DNA of 62,096 nucleotides, counting the filler, from Sphacelaria rigidula (taxonomy: Eukaryota), in the NCBI GenBank assembly GCA_964200075.2. It is 9 parts of 9 records of this genome, joined end to end, with 100 filler letters (N's around TTAATTAATTAA, not from the genome) between each part and the next. Parts side by side here need not be neighbours in the genome. Positions count along the whole stretch, not along the records: positions 48,377 to 55,186 come from CAXNAA020017965.1; positions 55,287 to 62,096 come from CAXNAA020017966.1; 7 more parts are not named here. One strand, given 5' to 3'. The notes under the pieces are model-generated. The model saw only the letters and a program-made list of their open reading frames with translations. It was not told where the DNA came from and did not search any database. How positions within the stretch are numbered: position 1 is the stretch's first letter; each line of letters begins with the position of its first letter. The position numbers and the translations under genes were made by a program. Of this stretch, positions 48,780 to 62,096 are shown one piece after another.

Positions 48780-51700
48780 TCATCTGAAATTGCCCCTGGT
48801 TGAAAGCGTGCTAAAACATATCCTTTACGTCTACCGTTACATTAAGCTGTGAGTCTGCATAAAAACGCAGACGAGCGACATGGGCGGTCTGAACACGGCC
48901 CGAAACAATGTTTTGGATCTCAAGCACATGCGGGTGATGAGCAAAAACCACGTCACGGACCAGTCCACGTCGCCATCAATTTAGGCGTAACTCCCGAGCG
49001 ACGCATGCGTGCATACAACACATAATCGCCTACCTCGGAATTCGGTAATTCCAGCCCCGACGAAGACCCCTCACGTCTACACGCACGTTCAGCGGCAACA
49101 CGCTTGATCGTGGAAACTTTCCGGCAACTCCAAAACTCCTTGCAACGCACGCTTCAGTCGCGCATCGTCTAAGACATCACAGTTCCACTCCCCCGCCGAT
49201 GAGAACGCCAACACCGAGAAAGACGTCCGAGGTGCACGATCAAATATCACGTGTTACGACGTACTATCGTACCGACGGCGATATGCTGTATTTAGCGTCC
49301 ATTGCACAGCGGGCAACACGTCCACCCACTCGGTCACCTCTCGACGCTGCTCGAGAAAAATGGATCGAAGAGCACGAACTACTTCCTTGACCATGCGTTC
49401 GCACGTAACGTTCGACTACGGAGAATGCGCTACCGCAAACTGGTTATCAACGCGCAAAGCCTCTCGCAATCGGGCCAAGATCGCATTTTTGAAATGCGTG
49501 GCGGTATCACTCACCCAAACACGCGGCACCCCCAAAGGTTTGCACCAATTCAGCAAAAGACGCAGCAGTCGATTCAGCAGTATCCGCTGCTACTGGTTCC
49601 AGAGTCACGAAGTTGCTCAAATCATCCATGATGTGTATCGAACCCAGCATCCTCCGACAAACCTTGGGACGCTAGCGGGCCACTCTCGCCCACGTACAAG
49701 AAGTCAAAGTGAATGACTTCACTCGGCGTGGTCCCATCGACCGTTTCGCCGAGCGGGCAGGGAACAACATCGCCCGCCCTCGAGTCAGCACAGTGAGACA
49801 CTGGCGGACAAACTCGCGCACATGAGTTTATATCCCCTGCCAGACATAAACCTCTTGCGATCGCACGAGTGTCGCAGCCACACCACGATGCCCGGCGTCG
49901 CGCATGTGCGCGCAAATCATCAGACGTACCTGCAACTGCGTGTCAGAACTTGGAATCCACAACACGTTTCGGCCATGCACATGCACACGAAACATACCTT
50001 CATTGTCCAAGATAGCAGTACCAACGTCCGACTCGAAAGCTTGCACATCCTCATCTTCGGCCCCAAGGTTTTGTTTTTGCGCTTGGCGGACAACTTTCCA
50101 ACCCCCCAAACGTTGTGCCAATGATTTCGACGCAGACGTAACGCACGCTTCCAGGGTACAAGTATACACGAGATTTCGGCGATCTGTGAAAATGTGCACG
50201 CCATCCCACAAAAGATGCTCCAAACGACGGAAAGTGCTTACCACAGCAAAACCTTCCTCATCAATTGTGGCCCAACGCAACTGCGAACCCTTAAAATTAC
50301 CACTAAGGAAAGCCAGCGATTCATGCGTCATGTCCTCAACTGGCAGGCGTCTTTACTACCCCAATGACACTCAGATACATTCGGAAACATTAGCACCTGA
50401 CGATCAGGACGAGGATGAAACAGCGTCACGGCGTGAGCCACCAGATCCTTCGCTGTCGCCCACGCCTGCAACCTACCCTCCGTCGACGATGCAAGCGGAA
50501 TAGCGCGGTTTTTTGCAACACACTTCGTCCGCCTCGCAGCACCCGCCATGAGTTCTTCGAGGAAAAAACGCGAGGGAGCTACGGTTTCTGCCATACGCGG
50601 CAACGAGGTACGCAGCCAATTCATCGCCTGCAGGAATTGCATGGGTTCTGTGGCCGTCTCCGGGCGCCGCATGTCAGACAAGCCTTGCAATCTGACAAGG
50701 TTATGAGATACGCGTCCGTGTGAGCACACTTTCCCACACTACACGAGTTCACTAGCGAAGAAAGTGCATTTGTGCGCCGCCGCAAACAAACCAACATTCT
50801 CTAAACGGGCCAAGATAGCATCAAGCGTGTCTAAAAGTTCGTCTTCCGTATCCGAGAAAAAAACACATCATCCACCCATATCTTGCATTTCAAGCCGACA
50901 AGCAGTTCTGTCATGATAGCTTGAAAATATGCCGTGGCATTCAACACGCCTTGCGATACTCGCTTCGGGATAAACAAGCCTAACGGGGTCGTGATTGTGA
51001 AAATCTCCTGCGCCTCCTTCGCCAACGGCATCTGCCAATAACCTTGGAGGAGGTCCAACTTGCCAAAAAACAAGCACTCAAGAGATCACGCATGTCCGAC
51101 TCTTGATTGGGCATCACACCCGGCGACTTCTCAACCTGATCATTTACGGCCGTGTAGTCGCTTACCAGGCGAAATGAGTCTTTCTTGGGAACCGCCATCG
51201 CCGGACTGGACCATACCGCCTGCAGGTTCTGCACTACCAACCCAAGCGCCAAAAGAGCTGCCACGCATGACGCCAACCAGCTCGACTTCACCGGATCGTA
51301 CCGCCGCGGCTTCGTCTTCACCGCGGATGCCCCAGGTTTCAGCTGAACACGCATGGGCTCCACGCGCGCAGGGGGATCACCCCGCAGCGCACGACGAAAC
51401 GCGTTGACGCAGCGATGCAAGATACCGCGCAAGCGTTCCGCTTTGGGGACGCTGAGGGCTTTCGCCACAGCATCCGTCACGCTCTCCTCCAGCGTGACCT
51501 CCCAAGCGGGCTCCTCTTCCGCCGGGTCCATGAACATATCCGGGACGCGCTCTACTAAGTGTTCCACCGCCGCATCCCGCTCCTCGGTCACCTGTTCCCC
51601 AGCCTCCTGAAAAACATCCACCGACAAGCTCACGCGACGACTGCCCAAAACGGCGCGCGTCTCTCCACGTGCGGACCAGGCGGAGACATCCGTGTCTTGA

Positions 51701-53831
51701 TGGAATCCTTCAACCGCTCATACGGGTCGACTCCTAGATCCTGTAGCATCGGCAGCCCCGGAAGAACAACGCCCTCCGACCCTGGCATAATCGCAAACGA
51801 GATCGGAGGCAACGGCGTCAGCCCCCAAGCAGTCTTGAAGGCTAGCCGCAACGGAACAGTACGCTCCGTGACTGAAACATGCTGACGTGACGCGGTGACT
51901 GGCTGCCGCACCCTGAGCGAAACCGGGATGCGCAGCGGCACACCCGGGAGATGTCGCTCCAGCATCTCGACCATCTGCACCGGAAGACTAGTAAAACGTG
52001 CGCCGGAACCCAACACAGACTGAAGCACGATGGCTCTACACTGCCGTTGATTCGGAAGACATGACTCCGCCGGCATGTATCTGTCGGCAAGCTCGACGGG
52101 AACTTCTTCCGCTGACCTATGCGTCGCTAGTCCCACTTGACGCCACGGCTGCGCAAGGTGCGCAGGCGAAGATGTCCGGCAGGTTCAAACGGCACCGCCG
52201 GCGGGTACGCCCCCCAGCCAGCAAACCAAGAATTTGGCGACCCTCCGACTAGCGCGTCAACATGCGTCGCGCCTGGCGCTGCTGCCGGTGTCGCCACCGG
52301 TGCCACCTCCGGCGCCGGCGCAGTGTTTGGCTCTGTAGAAGTCGGACCCACCTACACAGCCCGCTGCAGAGCAACTGTTACAGATTTATTGGTCATTTTT
52401 TAGTCGACTAGGTCCCATGTGTCATACTTTGTCATGCTTGGTACCTGATGGGTCATACTACATTGTGTGATTGGACTAAGCAGCCTGCTCCCATCTGTCA
52501 CAGCGTTTTGGACTATGCATCTCCACTAGCAAAGCACAAGTTAGCCTGTACGCCAATAATACAAGAGCATCTACGCCATCATGGACTGCGATCTCAGAGG
52601 ATTCTCTGGCCTTCACTAAATGTAAGCTTGACCTCCATGCAAGATTTGTTGTTCTGGCGTCCGAGCGGCTCATCAGGTATGCAGCCTGATGCTGCGAACA
52701 TGACTGGCTCTGCACTCGGTAACGTCGAGCTCAATGGATTCGATACTCATGATTGTGTTTGAGCCCGCTAGCCCAGGTGCCCACTGAACTGGCACGATTT
52801 CCAGCTAGGCGGTGAGTATCGAACCATAACACAACAGCACCTACGGCGGCGCCGGACCCAGAGCCAGGCCCATGCTGACGCCGTTGCCCCTGCTGCTGCT
52901 GCTGCTGCTGCTGCTGAGGGCTTGCCTGTGACCCTCCATCGCCGGAGGATCCGCCGCCGCCACCACGATTGCCTCATATTTTACCCTTGTGCTGACGATG
53001 CTGATGGCGCGCGGCACTAGACTGCCCAGACTCCCCACCGGAAGACATTGAGCAATCGCGCGTGTAATGGCCGACCTGGCCACAGCGGTGGCAAGTAATA
53101 CTCGCGGCGCGACCAGTCGATTTCGAGCCATGGTTGCGCAAAGATTTCGGCGAAGAGGTGGATGACTGGCCGAACACCTCTATTTTCCGCCACTCCTTGG
53201 CCTCGGCCACGACGGTGCTCATCACCAGGTACGGGTCGTCCTTCTAATCTGATTGGTGCTGCCGCTTGACAAGCACGGCTTACTTGAAAGTTTCCGGCGC
53301 AAACCCCTCCACCAAAGCCTTAGTGATTACTGCTGCCGGGCCGGGAATGAACTCACCGTCGGGGGAACGATATACTAGTTCTACATTCGGATTTTCCGTG
53401 AAGTATTTCTCCAAATTAGCCAAGATGGGCTCCACACGCTCCAACATCGTTTTCCCCCGAGAATCCATTGCGACAGCTTTCGCCATGGCCGCGGACGCTT
53501 GGGTCCGATCTACCTCGGCACCCGTCGCATGCCCTGCATGCTTTTTGATCGCCACAACTAACTGCGGCGAGGTGATGGTGCTCTCGTTATGTTCCAAACG
53601 AGCGAACACTCTCTGTACATGAGTCGGTACTTGTTGAGCCATAGTCACCACCTGATGCCGCACGGTACCCCCTGCATTAGCGTGCTCCACACGCCTCCTG
53701 TACTCCAAGTATTTTGTATGAAAAGTGCGAGATGCGCTCTCTGAGTACCTGTCCCCGTAGTGGGGAGGTCGCAATTCTTCCTGCATGACCAAGGGTGTCA
53801 CGGTGGACGTACCTCGTGAGCCGGTAGCCAT
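48780..53831 (-). mobile_element. Degenerate Ty3/gypsy LTR retrotransposon (gag-ZnK-PR-RT-RH-IN)
   Basis: gag 53831-53280; knuckle TCHRCGQVGHYTRDC (~53090); protease VLGSGARFTS (D>G); RT FRLVSDY, FFGKLDLLQGYWQMPL, KIWVDD; RNase H LAFLSGNFKGSQLRWATIDEEGFAVV..IFTDRRNL; integrase AHMRDAGHRG, EVIHFDFLYVG, KLMATWTGP, HVARLRFYAD. Order RT-RH-IN; frameshifted. Confidence 0.95.
52355..52816. mobile_element. Lower-GC insertion interrupting the gypsy gag-protease linker
   Basis: Abrupt compositional change. TA on both sides; weak inverted ends cacagcccgctg / cagctaggcggtgag. Confidence 0.4.
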
Positions 53832-56667
53832 AGCTGTAGCTGTAACGGGCTACCTGCAAACCTTTGCAGGCCAGCGGACCTTCGCAAATTGCACTTTCCT
53901 TGCTTCGTCGTCGCACCACACAGTCGCAGGATCCTCCAAGCTCCTGCTGCACGCAGCTTCAGCAAGACTCCAGTCTGGATCAATCACAGACCAGCCGCCT
54001 TCACCCGTGGACAGATAGCACCCTGTGGGGCGCACTGTGCAGGGTCCGTACAGGGTCCTCCACAGTCTTTGTGAAAAAACCCTGACAGTGAAAATCCAAA
54101 CCTGTACCCCTCGTAGCGTTTTGATAGGGCTTTCCCCAGGGTTGGGTTTACAGCCCTGTGTACGCCTGTCGGCAAAGCTCTGCACAGTCATGTGGTAGTG
54201 TTTTGGTAAAAAAAAACCCGACGCTTTTTTGTTTTGAAAATTCCAAATATTTTGGTACAAAATCTGTAAATTTATACATTTTCAATAGCTTGTCTTCCTG
54301 TCCGAGGTAAATTCCTCTTCACCCGATTCAAATCGGGTGAAGAGGAATCGGGTGAAGAGGATTTTACCTAGGACAGGAAGACAAGCTATTCAAAACAAAT
54401 CCTTTTTTCGCCCAATTTATTTCGGCAAGGAAAATGATTTATTTCGAACAGCAGAAGAAGATGTTCAAGATCGATACTTTTTTCGCCCATTTTTAAATGA
54501 GCGAAAAAAGGATATATTTCGAACAGCTTCTTCTGCTGCGCAAATCCCATGCATGCTGGCAGATTCGGAATTTGAACAGCAGAAGAAGCTCGAAATAAAT
54601 CTTTACTTTGCCCTCTAATTCATCCGGAGATTGGGGGAAAAGAGATTTATTGTGAGCAGCGTCAGCTGCTGGGCAAATCCCGCATAATGCATCGTCACCA
54701 GAGCATGGGAACCGACACGCAGAAAACGTTGCTGAAAGGTATTCATCCTTTTGCCCCCCAGTCCATGTGTACACGGGCTAAAGGATGAATAGCCTTCAGC
54801 AGCTTTCGCTGAATAGAGATCCCACACGTTGGATACGTGTGTATGTCCACACCTGAGCTTCATCTGAAACCCCTGGGAAGGCGTGGCAAGATGCTGGACG
54901 ATCGGGTATACCTCGCGGATGTATCCACATACTTCACAAAACCCCGTACTGCATCGTCTACCAACACGAACCATGTTTAGAAAATGTCACTTGATCAATC
55001 GTATATTAATAGTGTATAGACCACCTTCCCAAGATATCTATACTCCGTATACATCACCGCACACAAATCGAACATCAATGAGCACCCGCCCACACAACAG
55101 TATTATTTCGCCCAGCTATATCACCACAAGAGTGATGCTACGGTAGGGGTAGAGAAATAATTTCTGAGATTATAATTGTTAGGAGCNNNNNNNNNNNNNN
55201 NNNNNNNNNNNNNNNNNNNNNNNNNNNNNNTTAATTAATTAANNNNNNNNNNNNNNNNNNNNNNNNNNNNNNNNNNNNNNNNNNNNCATTTGCCACCGTA
55301 AGAGGGAGAAGTACTACCTCAAACTGCGCTATAAACCCCCCAGATGCAAGGCGCTATGCCAGGCTATGCGCAAAACAAAAATGATGGTGTCGGGATTCGA
55401 ACTCGTGACCTCTGTAATAAGAGGCGGTTCTATCAGTTTGATCACCGGGTGCCACACGAAAAATTGGATGCTGTGGGTAATTCGAAGAGTCAGGCGCTGA
55501 AATTTTGACCTAGCATTTTTATCAACACTACAAATAACATTTCTGGAGGTGCATTCATATTTCTTTCTTTCTTTTGACGGAGTTATAGCATTTTTTTAGT
55601 TTTTGCAGAAACCTCAAATCGCCCCAACTTCCTGTTTTCTTGTTTTTTCTATGCACCTCGAGAAAATTTGTGCGTAGTGATGATAAGAATATTGTGTCAA
55701 AATTTCAGCACCTAACTCTTCGAATCACCGACCGTATCGCCAAAATACAGCAAAAAATCACTGTCAGCTACCCCAGCCTGTACAGACCCGTTTTTGCGAC
55801 CGCCATATAAGTTGGTCTTAGCCTGTGACAACGGAAGGCGTCCGCATCAGATGCCCAGTGCATAGTAGCAGATATCGGAACAATTTTTAGTAAGAAGACA
55901 ACAACAACAACAACAACAGCGACACAATGTGCAGTACTCTACAGAGGGAGTATCGTATACAGTCTTACGCCAAAAAAAAAAGCAAGGGGACTGCCAAGAT
56001 GCCCGCATACAAGAATCATACAAGATCATACGCACCTCATGTATCTTTTGACGGTTTAGCAGGGTTAAATACTGTATTTTCAGTACAAATCAAGCGTTAC
56101 TTTGCTTGTGGATTTCTCCGCCGTGTCTGTTCGAACCAGCCTGAAACTTGGCACATAGGTAGACCACAACACAGACAGCATATTCCTGGATCTGCGGCAC
56201 GTTTTACGTCGTGCGCCAGACGCACGAAGCAAAATACGGATTTTGGGCACTACCATCGATACGCCCTCAAAACGTAGTCCCCTCGGCCCAGACTGCATGA
56301 GACGTAGGTGGATGCATATGTTGACACGCAGATATGCTCATTTCTTGCTGGGTGGCTCCTGCCCCGGCAAACGAACACATCAATCCGTATTGGGCAGCAC
56401 ACTCTGGATGATGTCATTCTACGCGGTACCTATCTTCGTATCGCCTGTAGAGGTGCTCACTTCAGGAGGCACGGCCGTGCAAGCGTGTGTGCTTTTACGC
56501 GCTGAAACTTCGACCACATGTCATGCAGACAACAAACAACAACCTCATTTTGCTGAATTCGGGGTTGCGCGGTGTGTGCGTGCGTATTGGGGCGAAAAGG
56601 TGTCGGATTCTGTTCCGATTTTTTTCTTTTTCTTTCGGCGTAAGACTGTATATGAGTGCCGACTCAC

Positions 56668-56763
56668 ATTGGGTTTTTGAATCGCCAGTTCAACAGCTCC
56701 GTGGCTGTCCTCCACGGTGCTGCCAGGCACTACGAATTGTGCAACTCCGACCGACGATGCAAC
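56668..56763 (-). CDS. tatD: TatD-family DNase, exon 2
   Basis: cag|GTT...AAT|gtgagt, 96 nt. VASSVGVAQFVVPGSTVEDSHGAVELAIQKPN matches TatD 'A..aGV...vv.Gt..edS..a.eLA'. Confidence 0.85.
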
Positions 56764-57212
56764 CTGTGCAAGCCATACACAGCGCCGTATGACATATGCG
56801 AACATGTCTCAGCTCAATTACACACCCTGGACAACAGATCACATTGTCAAAAAATGTACTGCGTACAGTATGGAATCTACTGTCTATTGCATTAGGCGCA
56901 ATAGCCTATACTGTACGCAGTACACCTATTAGCAAAGCCATATATTGTCGTTAAGCCTCAAATGTCAAGTTGTACTGCATGTGATCCGCGACAAGTCGCC
57001 AAGTAGACGGAACCATATCATCTCGCTTAACTCTTTGACCGCGAGGGTAGGTCACCTGCTGAATTGGCATCAGTTTCATTTGAAAAAACTATTCATAGTT
57101 CAGATGGACTACATTCGTGGTATAAGGGTTAAACTGCCACCCCAGACGGACACACGCAGAAAATATCAATCGCTGCCTATATTGCACGCGAAGCACTTAT
57201 GAAACAGCCTGC

Positions 57213-57449
57213 CTGTAAGTGGTGATCGATGTCATCCTTCAGCGCAGGATGCAGGAGGTTCGCGTCAACGTCTACCAGCTGGACGCTAGTCACAGAGCTA
57301 GTTTCCGTAGTGCTGGGTGCGGTGCTCGAGGTGGTAGTGACCACCCGCCGAGACACCGCCGCCAAAGAAATAGTTCTGCCATAAAAAGCAGCGGTAGGAC
57401 GTTGGGTGGCTAGAGCTAAGAATAGACCTAGAGCTGTCCTATGCTCCAT
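57213..57449 (-). CDS. tatD: TatD-family DNase, exon 1, with signal peptide plus plastid transit peptide
   Basis: MEHRTALGLFLALATQRPTAA-FYGR, then a Ser/Thr/Arg-rich stretch, then LVDVDANLLHPALKDDIDHHLQ (TatD 'IDIGANL.H..F.DD'); donor CAG|gcagg. Confidence 0.85.
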
Positions 57450-60400
57450 TATTCAGTCTTCGTAGGCTAAACGCGCTGCTAAGACAGTTACTGCGCCCGC
57501 GCTATAGTCGGCGCTGACTCTATCTAAGTTTCATCACATCCGACAACAGATATATTCAGCTCCCGTTGATCATGCATAGATCTGCAAGTGTCTACAATTG
57601 TAACAGTAAAGTAACGCACAACATGGCGAGAGAGAGACACAGCCGCACTCTGGCCGTCTTGAAAATATATATATATATATAGATATAGATATAATATATA
57701 TATATATATATGTGTGTACCTGTATAGTATGTTATGCAAGCAGAGTATTTACAGCATCCGAATCATCGAGTCGTGAATGTGGGCGAGTGGAGCATCCGTG
57801 TCAAGCAGCCAGCATCCTTGGGAACGATAAACCATGATCCATTATTCTCAACAGTTATTTTCCAGCGTTTTCTCGCGGTAGACTGGGACCCGTACCATGT
57901 ACAGCATCGATAGAACAAGTTTCGTGTGGGTGTGCCTCCTGAAACACCTTGTAAAGCAAGCACAATGCGTACTTTCGCCGCCGCCATGGCTCTGGCAGCC
58001 ACTGCGGGTAAGTGATGATGGGTTTCCGGTCGTGGGAGGCAAGCGCGTTGGTGCTACCAAGTGTTCATGTAAACTGCTGCCGTATAATGAAAAGATCAAC
58101 CACAGAACAAGACTTACGCACGACACAGAGTCCTCTTTGTTGATCGTGTCTAATCATCCAGGGGAATACAATTCAATATAGCATGTGGAGGTCAAGGATG
58201 CAGCGTAGGGTTCATAGAAACACGTAGTAATGTACGGGTTGCTCTCTGCAGGGTGGGAAGTTGTAGCGCAGATCGAATGGGGTTCAGGTTTCAGAATGTT
58301 CCTTGTTCATCTTGTAGTAAGTGCTGTTGCAACTGTAGTTTGTTGTACTGTTGTATTACAAATTTGAAGTACTATATAGCGCAGCTGCCAAAGGGAACAA
58401 AGTTCAACTAAAAACGTGCCGCGTACAATGGGGTACAGCACTGTCTTGATGTTGAGCTAACGCCCTCGTTTTGGCCCTGTGCTCCGTGCCATGATCATCT
58501 GTGTGTTGCTCGCTGCTGCGCTGCTTTTCCTCCTGCAGCCTCCCTTGCCTCGGCATTTGTGGGGAGCCCTCTGCCTCTGAGGGCGCTCTCTCGGCCTTCC
58601 TGCTCCGCCTCGAGGGTCAACCGCGTACGGTCCTGTGTTGCTCCTCGCATGACGGCCAAAGAAGACGACGACGAAGAAATCAAGGTCATATCCGTACTCT
58701 TCGGAACTCTCTGCAGTAGACATGATACCGTAGAGCCACTTTTCTCGTTGTAAGTAGTACAACAACATGAACGTACAGAAACAACGCACACACACATCGA
58801 ACCGCACAAGGCGTGCCCACTAGTAGTCCGTTCCTGAATCTGCCGCACACCCGCGGTTCTCAAGTGGTGTGAATCGTACCCGCGTTCTTTCCATCCCTCC
58901 AAATGCCAGTTGTACCATTAGACCGCCCGAGCGCGGCGACTGATGTACGTTGAAAGCCAGTCAGGGCGGAGCAAGGGGTTCGATTCACAGACTCACGGTT
59001 ATTTTCTCTCCCGCGGGAGTACAGTACCGTGCTCTTCTATCCGTTTTCTGTCGTCGAAAACGTGAGGATGTGAGGGCGTGTTTTGCTCGGCACAGTCATT
59101 CACGATCGAGAAAGTGCGGTGGGAACGAAAAATTAAAAACTCCCACGTGACGGGTCATTTCAAGATGAATGACGTGGACACAAATAACGACCTGTGATAG
59201 GGTCTCCAAGATATCAGATAGGACTTTTCCCCTTTTCCGCCGCAACTTGTCGAAGAATCATTTGCTGATACATCGCCTGAGCACAGAAAAGATTTGACGA
59301 AGTCGACGCGTCGCGTGAAATTTATCCAATCCGCCATACAAAAAATGCGAACACCTACTGGGAGAGGGATGTCGATTTGCTGAGAGAACAGATTCATCCA
59401 GAAGAAGGGGGGCGATTGAAAGCATGAGGAAAGCAGAACACCTCCGTAGATCATGACAGTTCTACATCAAGCGCACATTTGAATCACTTGTTCTCTCTAT
59501 GGGTAGTTGTTGTCGCAGTCCTGCTAAACGACCGTTGTGTCCGGTGGCGGATTTTGCTACGTATCTCAACCCTTGCCTTGGAGAGGGACGTCGTGTTTGG
59601 GCGATGCAGGAACTTTCAGGGCCTCTGTGCCAACGCGCACATTTAGTACTGGATGCGCTGTATCTTGGTTTGGGTAGTCGTGTGTGGTGAGTGAAACCGC
59701 GTGAGATTCGATCAGCACTGGTAAGGAAAACAACAGAGCAGCGTCTATTATGAAGAGATACATTAGACATGACTGCGGTCCACGCATCTTGAGTCGATGC
59801 AACGAACGATGGCGGAAGGTGGGCAATAGATGGCGTATAGATACGAAACTTGTGAAGGGTGAAGGGTCTGAGAAATAAGACAAAGGCTGGCCTGTGCTCA
59901 CTTATCGCCATGCAGGAGAAAACACGGCAAGATTTCATGCTTTTGCTGGGAAGAACATGAACAGCGTCGTAGATCACAGAGTTTAACATCTGCGGTGTGG
60001 TTAACTGCCTGTGCAGTATGTAGAGTTGAAAATAGTCCGTGCCTTATCGGGGTGGAAAAAAAGCTCGCGAAAACAAAGTCCGGAAGAAGCTTGAAGATCG
60101 AGATTTATCATCGCAACCCCTCCCCCTCCCCTCCCCTCCCCTCCCCTTCTTCCCCCGTGAAACAAAGCAGCGCCGTTTTTTTTTATCGAAGCGATAAGGG
60201 TTTTGTTGTGCTCACCAGCTTTTATTTGGAATTGTCATGCATCGGAGAGAAAGTTGGGCTGTTCACGAAGACTTTTTTCTTGAAGGGGAACAAACAGCGG
60301 TGCAATCGCACCTGTTGCGGCTCACGCCTGCGTCACAAAACCCGGACCTGGGGCACAAGCACACGTCAACTGAGTACGGCAAACATGGCTCCCCTCCATC

Positions 60401-61487
60401 GTTAGCAGTAGTATACGCACACACAACGCCCCGAACGGATTGCCGTGAAATAAGCATCGTCATGGATAAATGGACGAGACCTTTTCTCAGGCGCGGTGCG
60501 CGTGATCTGCAGGTTTTCTGCGTGTTTGCCCAAGCTCAGTTGTACGGGTGTAACGCGTTACGGTCACGCTCGTTATGGTGCCTGCTAAGATCTAAATACC
60601 TTTTCGAGATGGCGTCCAGTGCCGAAATAAAACACTGCTCTTTCAAAAAAGTCCGTTTGGTGTTTTCTCGTTCGGACCTGGAACTCATACTTGTGGCCAA
60701 ACAAACTTTGTTCCACGCGTCCAGCCCACTTTCTTGCCAGAGTTTCCCATACAAGTCTTCGCCGATGTTGGTTTTGACTCAAATCAGCGCTGGCGGTGCT
60801 GAGTCGAGCTCCGCCAACGCACCCTTAACTCAGGGCACGCCCTTCACCCCTGTGCCCAAGACTTCTCGGTTTCCCCCATTCTCCTCCGTTACTTTCCTTT
60901 TTATGTCCTGGTTGCTTGGTTTTACTCTTGTTCTGGTTCTTCAGTGTACTCCTTCCGTTTGTTGTAAAATTTCCCCCTTTTGTTAGTCTCACACCTTTTT
61001 TTTCTCCACCAAGCGCTTCCGTTGTTTTCACCTTGAAAACATCTATAAAATAGGTCAAGAGCTGGGTTAGTGTTTCGACCAAAGCAAGTGTGTGTCAACC
61101 TTGGTAATGGACGATGAGTTGTGATAAATTTACCTCTTCACGAGACGAGCTTACTGCAGTTCGGCGCCATTTACCGAAGCCTGAAACATGCTCTGTTTCC
61201 ACTAAACTTGACGTGAACCCCAGCCTTATCTCCGACGTAAGGCAGACCGAGGTTCCTCGGACTAGGAGGGTGCGAACTGTTGTTCCTCAGGCAATGTGTG
61301 CTTTGTTGTGGCTCTTATGTACAACTGCCAACTATAGCCGTGCTATGGCTACCCGGTTTCTGTGAAGGCGGGTGTACAGCCTTTTTCGCCAGGCGCTATT
61401 TGGCCTTTTGCTCGCTCCAACCTTAGCAGTCATTGCGGGTGTGCCCCGCGTGATTCTTGTTGCGGTTTGGTTTTACTTGTTGTCAAG

Positions 61488-61594
61488 GTGTACTACGCTT
61501 CGGAGGTAACTGACGGAAATGTGCCTTCGAAGATACGGACGGAATTGGGCGAAGAACCCCTGCCCGAAAACACAGAGGAAACGGAAACGGACAG
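61488..61594 (+). CDS. Candidate exon of an unidentified gene
   Basis: Pyrimidine-rich acceptor ending aag, open frame VYYASEVTDGNVPSKIRTELGEEPLPENTEETETD, consensus donor AG|gtgagt. No family recognised. Confidence 0.35.
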
Positions 61595-62096
61595 GTGAGT
61601 TTCGACTGTTGACGTCAGTGATCGCCTTCATTCGTGCCCGCTGTGCTCCGGTTTCCGAATCAGAGACCAAGCATATTTATCTGTGTCGCTCTCGATGTTT
61701 CCCTTTGGCGGCTCTGAGGACTCTCCCGCTGGAGTGGGACGAAGGATTGTCACCGCACACATACTGTAGCAGCAAAGATGAACTTCACATGGTGATCAGA
61801 AGCGAGCATTTTCGTTCGTAACAAAGTGCTGCTGTATATACATACTGATACGGGGCAAGTAAGCGAGGACCATACGCGATGACTTCGTTAAATGTTGTGG
61901 ATGCATGCAGTAGCCATTTCTTCCAATACTTGGTGTTCGAAAATCGTCAGGCTCTAGTGTCACGGTATGACTAGAGTTTAACCCTTTTGGGACCGGGCTT
62001 CCAGAACGACCAATGAGGCCGGTCAGGAATGACTTGTCTGGCGTCCAAACGAAACAGTGGCGTGTTGCTGAAAATCCGCGTATCAGTATGTATATA

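Noticed and set aside
55385-55455. tRNA gene
   Set aside because: A B box is present but no complete cloverleaf; treated as a SINE head or tRNA relic.
58495-58710. Possible terminal exon on the minus strand upstream of TatD
   Set aside because: It has an acceptor and open frame, but no homology or linked exon I can support.
60237-60986. 249-aa ORF as a gene
   Set aside because: No recognisable domain, and its second half is T-rich and intron-like.
1-62096. Functional gene cluster of coronin, aroC, PFK-2, VPS13, HAT protein and TatD
   Set aside because: These genes are on separate size-sorted scaffolds joined by artificial linkers.

Overview
Eukaryotic, intron-rich nuclear DNA, most likely a brown alga (Phaeophyceae). 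That call is inferred from short exons in 1-2 kb introns, a bipartite plastid-targeting presequence, poly-C/G tracts and the transposon types. The window is not one locus. It is nine unrelated ~6.81 kb scaffolds joined by 100-nt linkers (N44-TTAATTAATTAA-N44), so neighbourhood across linkers is meaningless. Spliced exons were reconstructed for coronin (5 exons, +), chorismate synthase (1, +), 6-phosphofructo-2-kinase (1, -), a BLOC1S1-like segment (1, -), VPS13 (3, -), an Mbb1/HCF107-like HAT/TPR protein (3, +) and a plastid-targeted TatD nuclease (2, -). Two introns appear to be GC-AG. The rest is mostly transposon debris: decayed Ty1/copia and Ty3/gypsy elements, a LINE 3' end, tRNA-derived SINEs, hAT- and piggyBac-type MITEs, foldback elements and palindromic minisatellites. 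The most interesting signal is a non-LTR retrotransposon lineage in two subfamilies, with about 12 copies here. Its ORF2 stops about 5 nt before a C-rich end instead of a poly(A) tail, and its copies sit in C/G runs, including the GGGGG of a copia integrase D-R-G-G motif. No prokaryotic-type system or CRISPR is supported.
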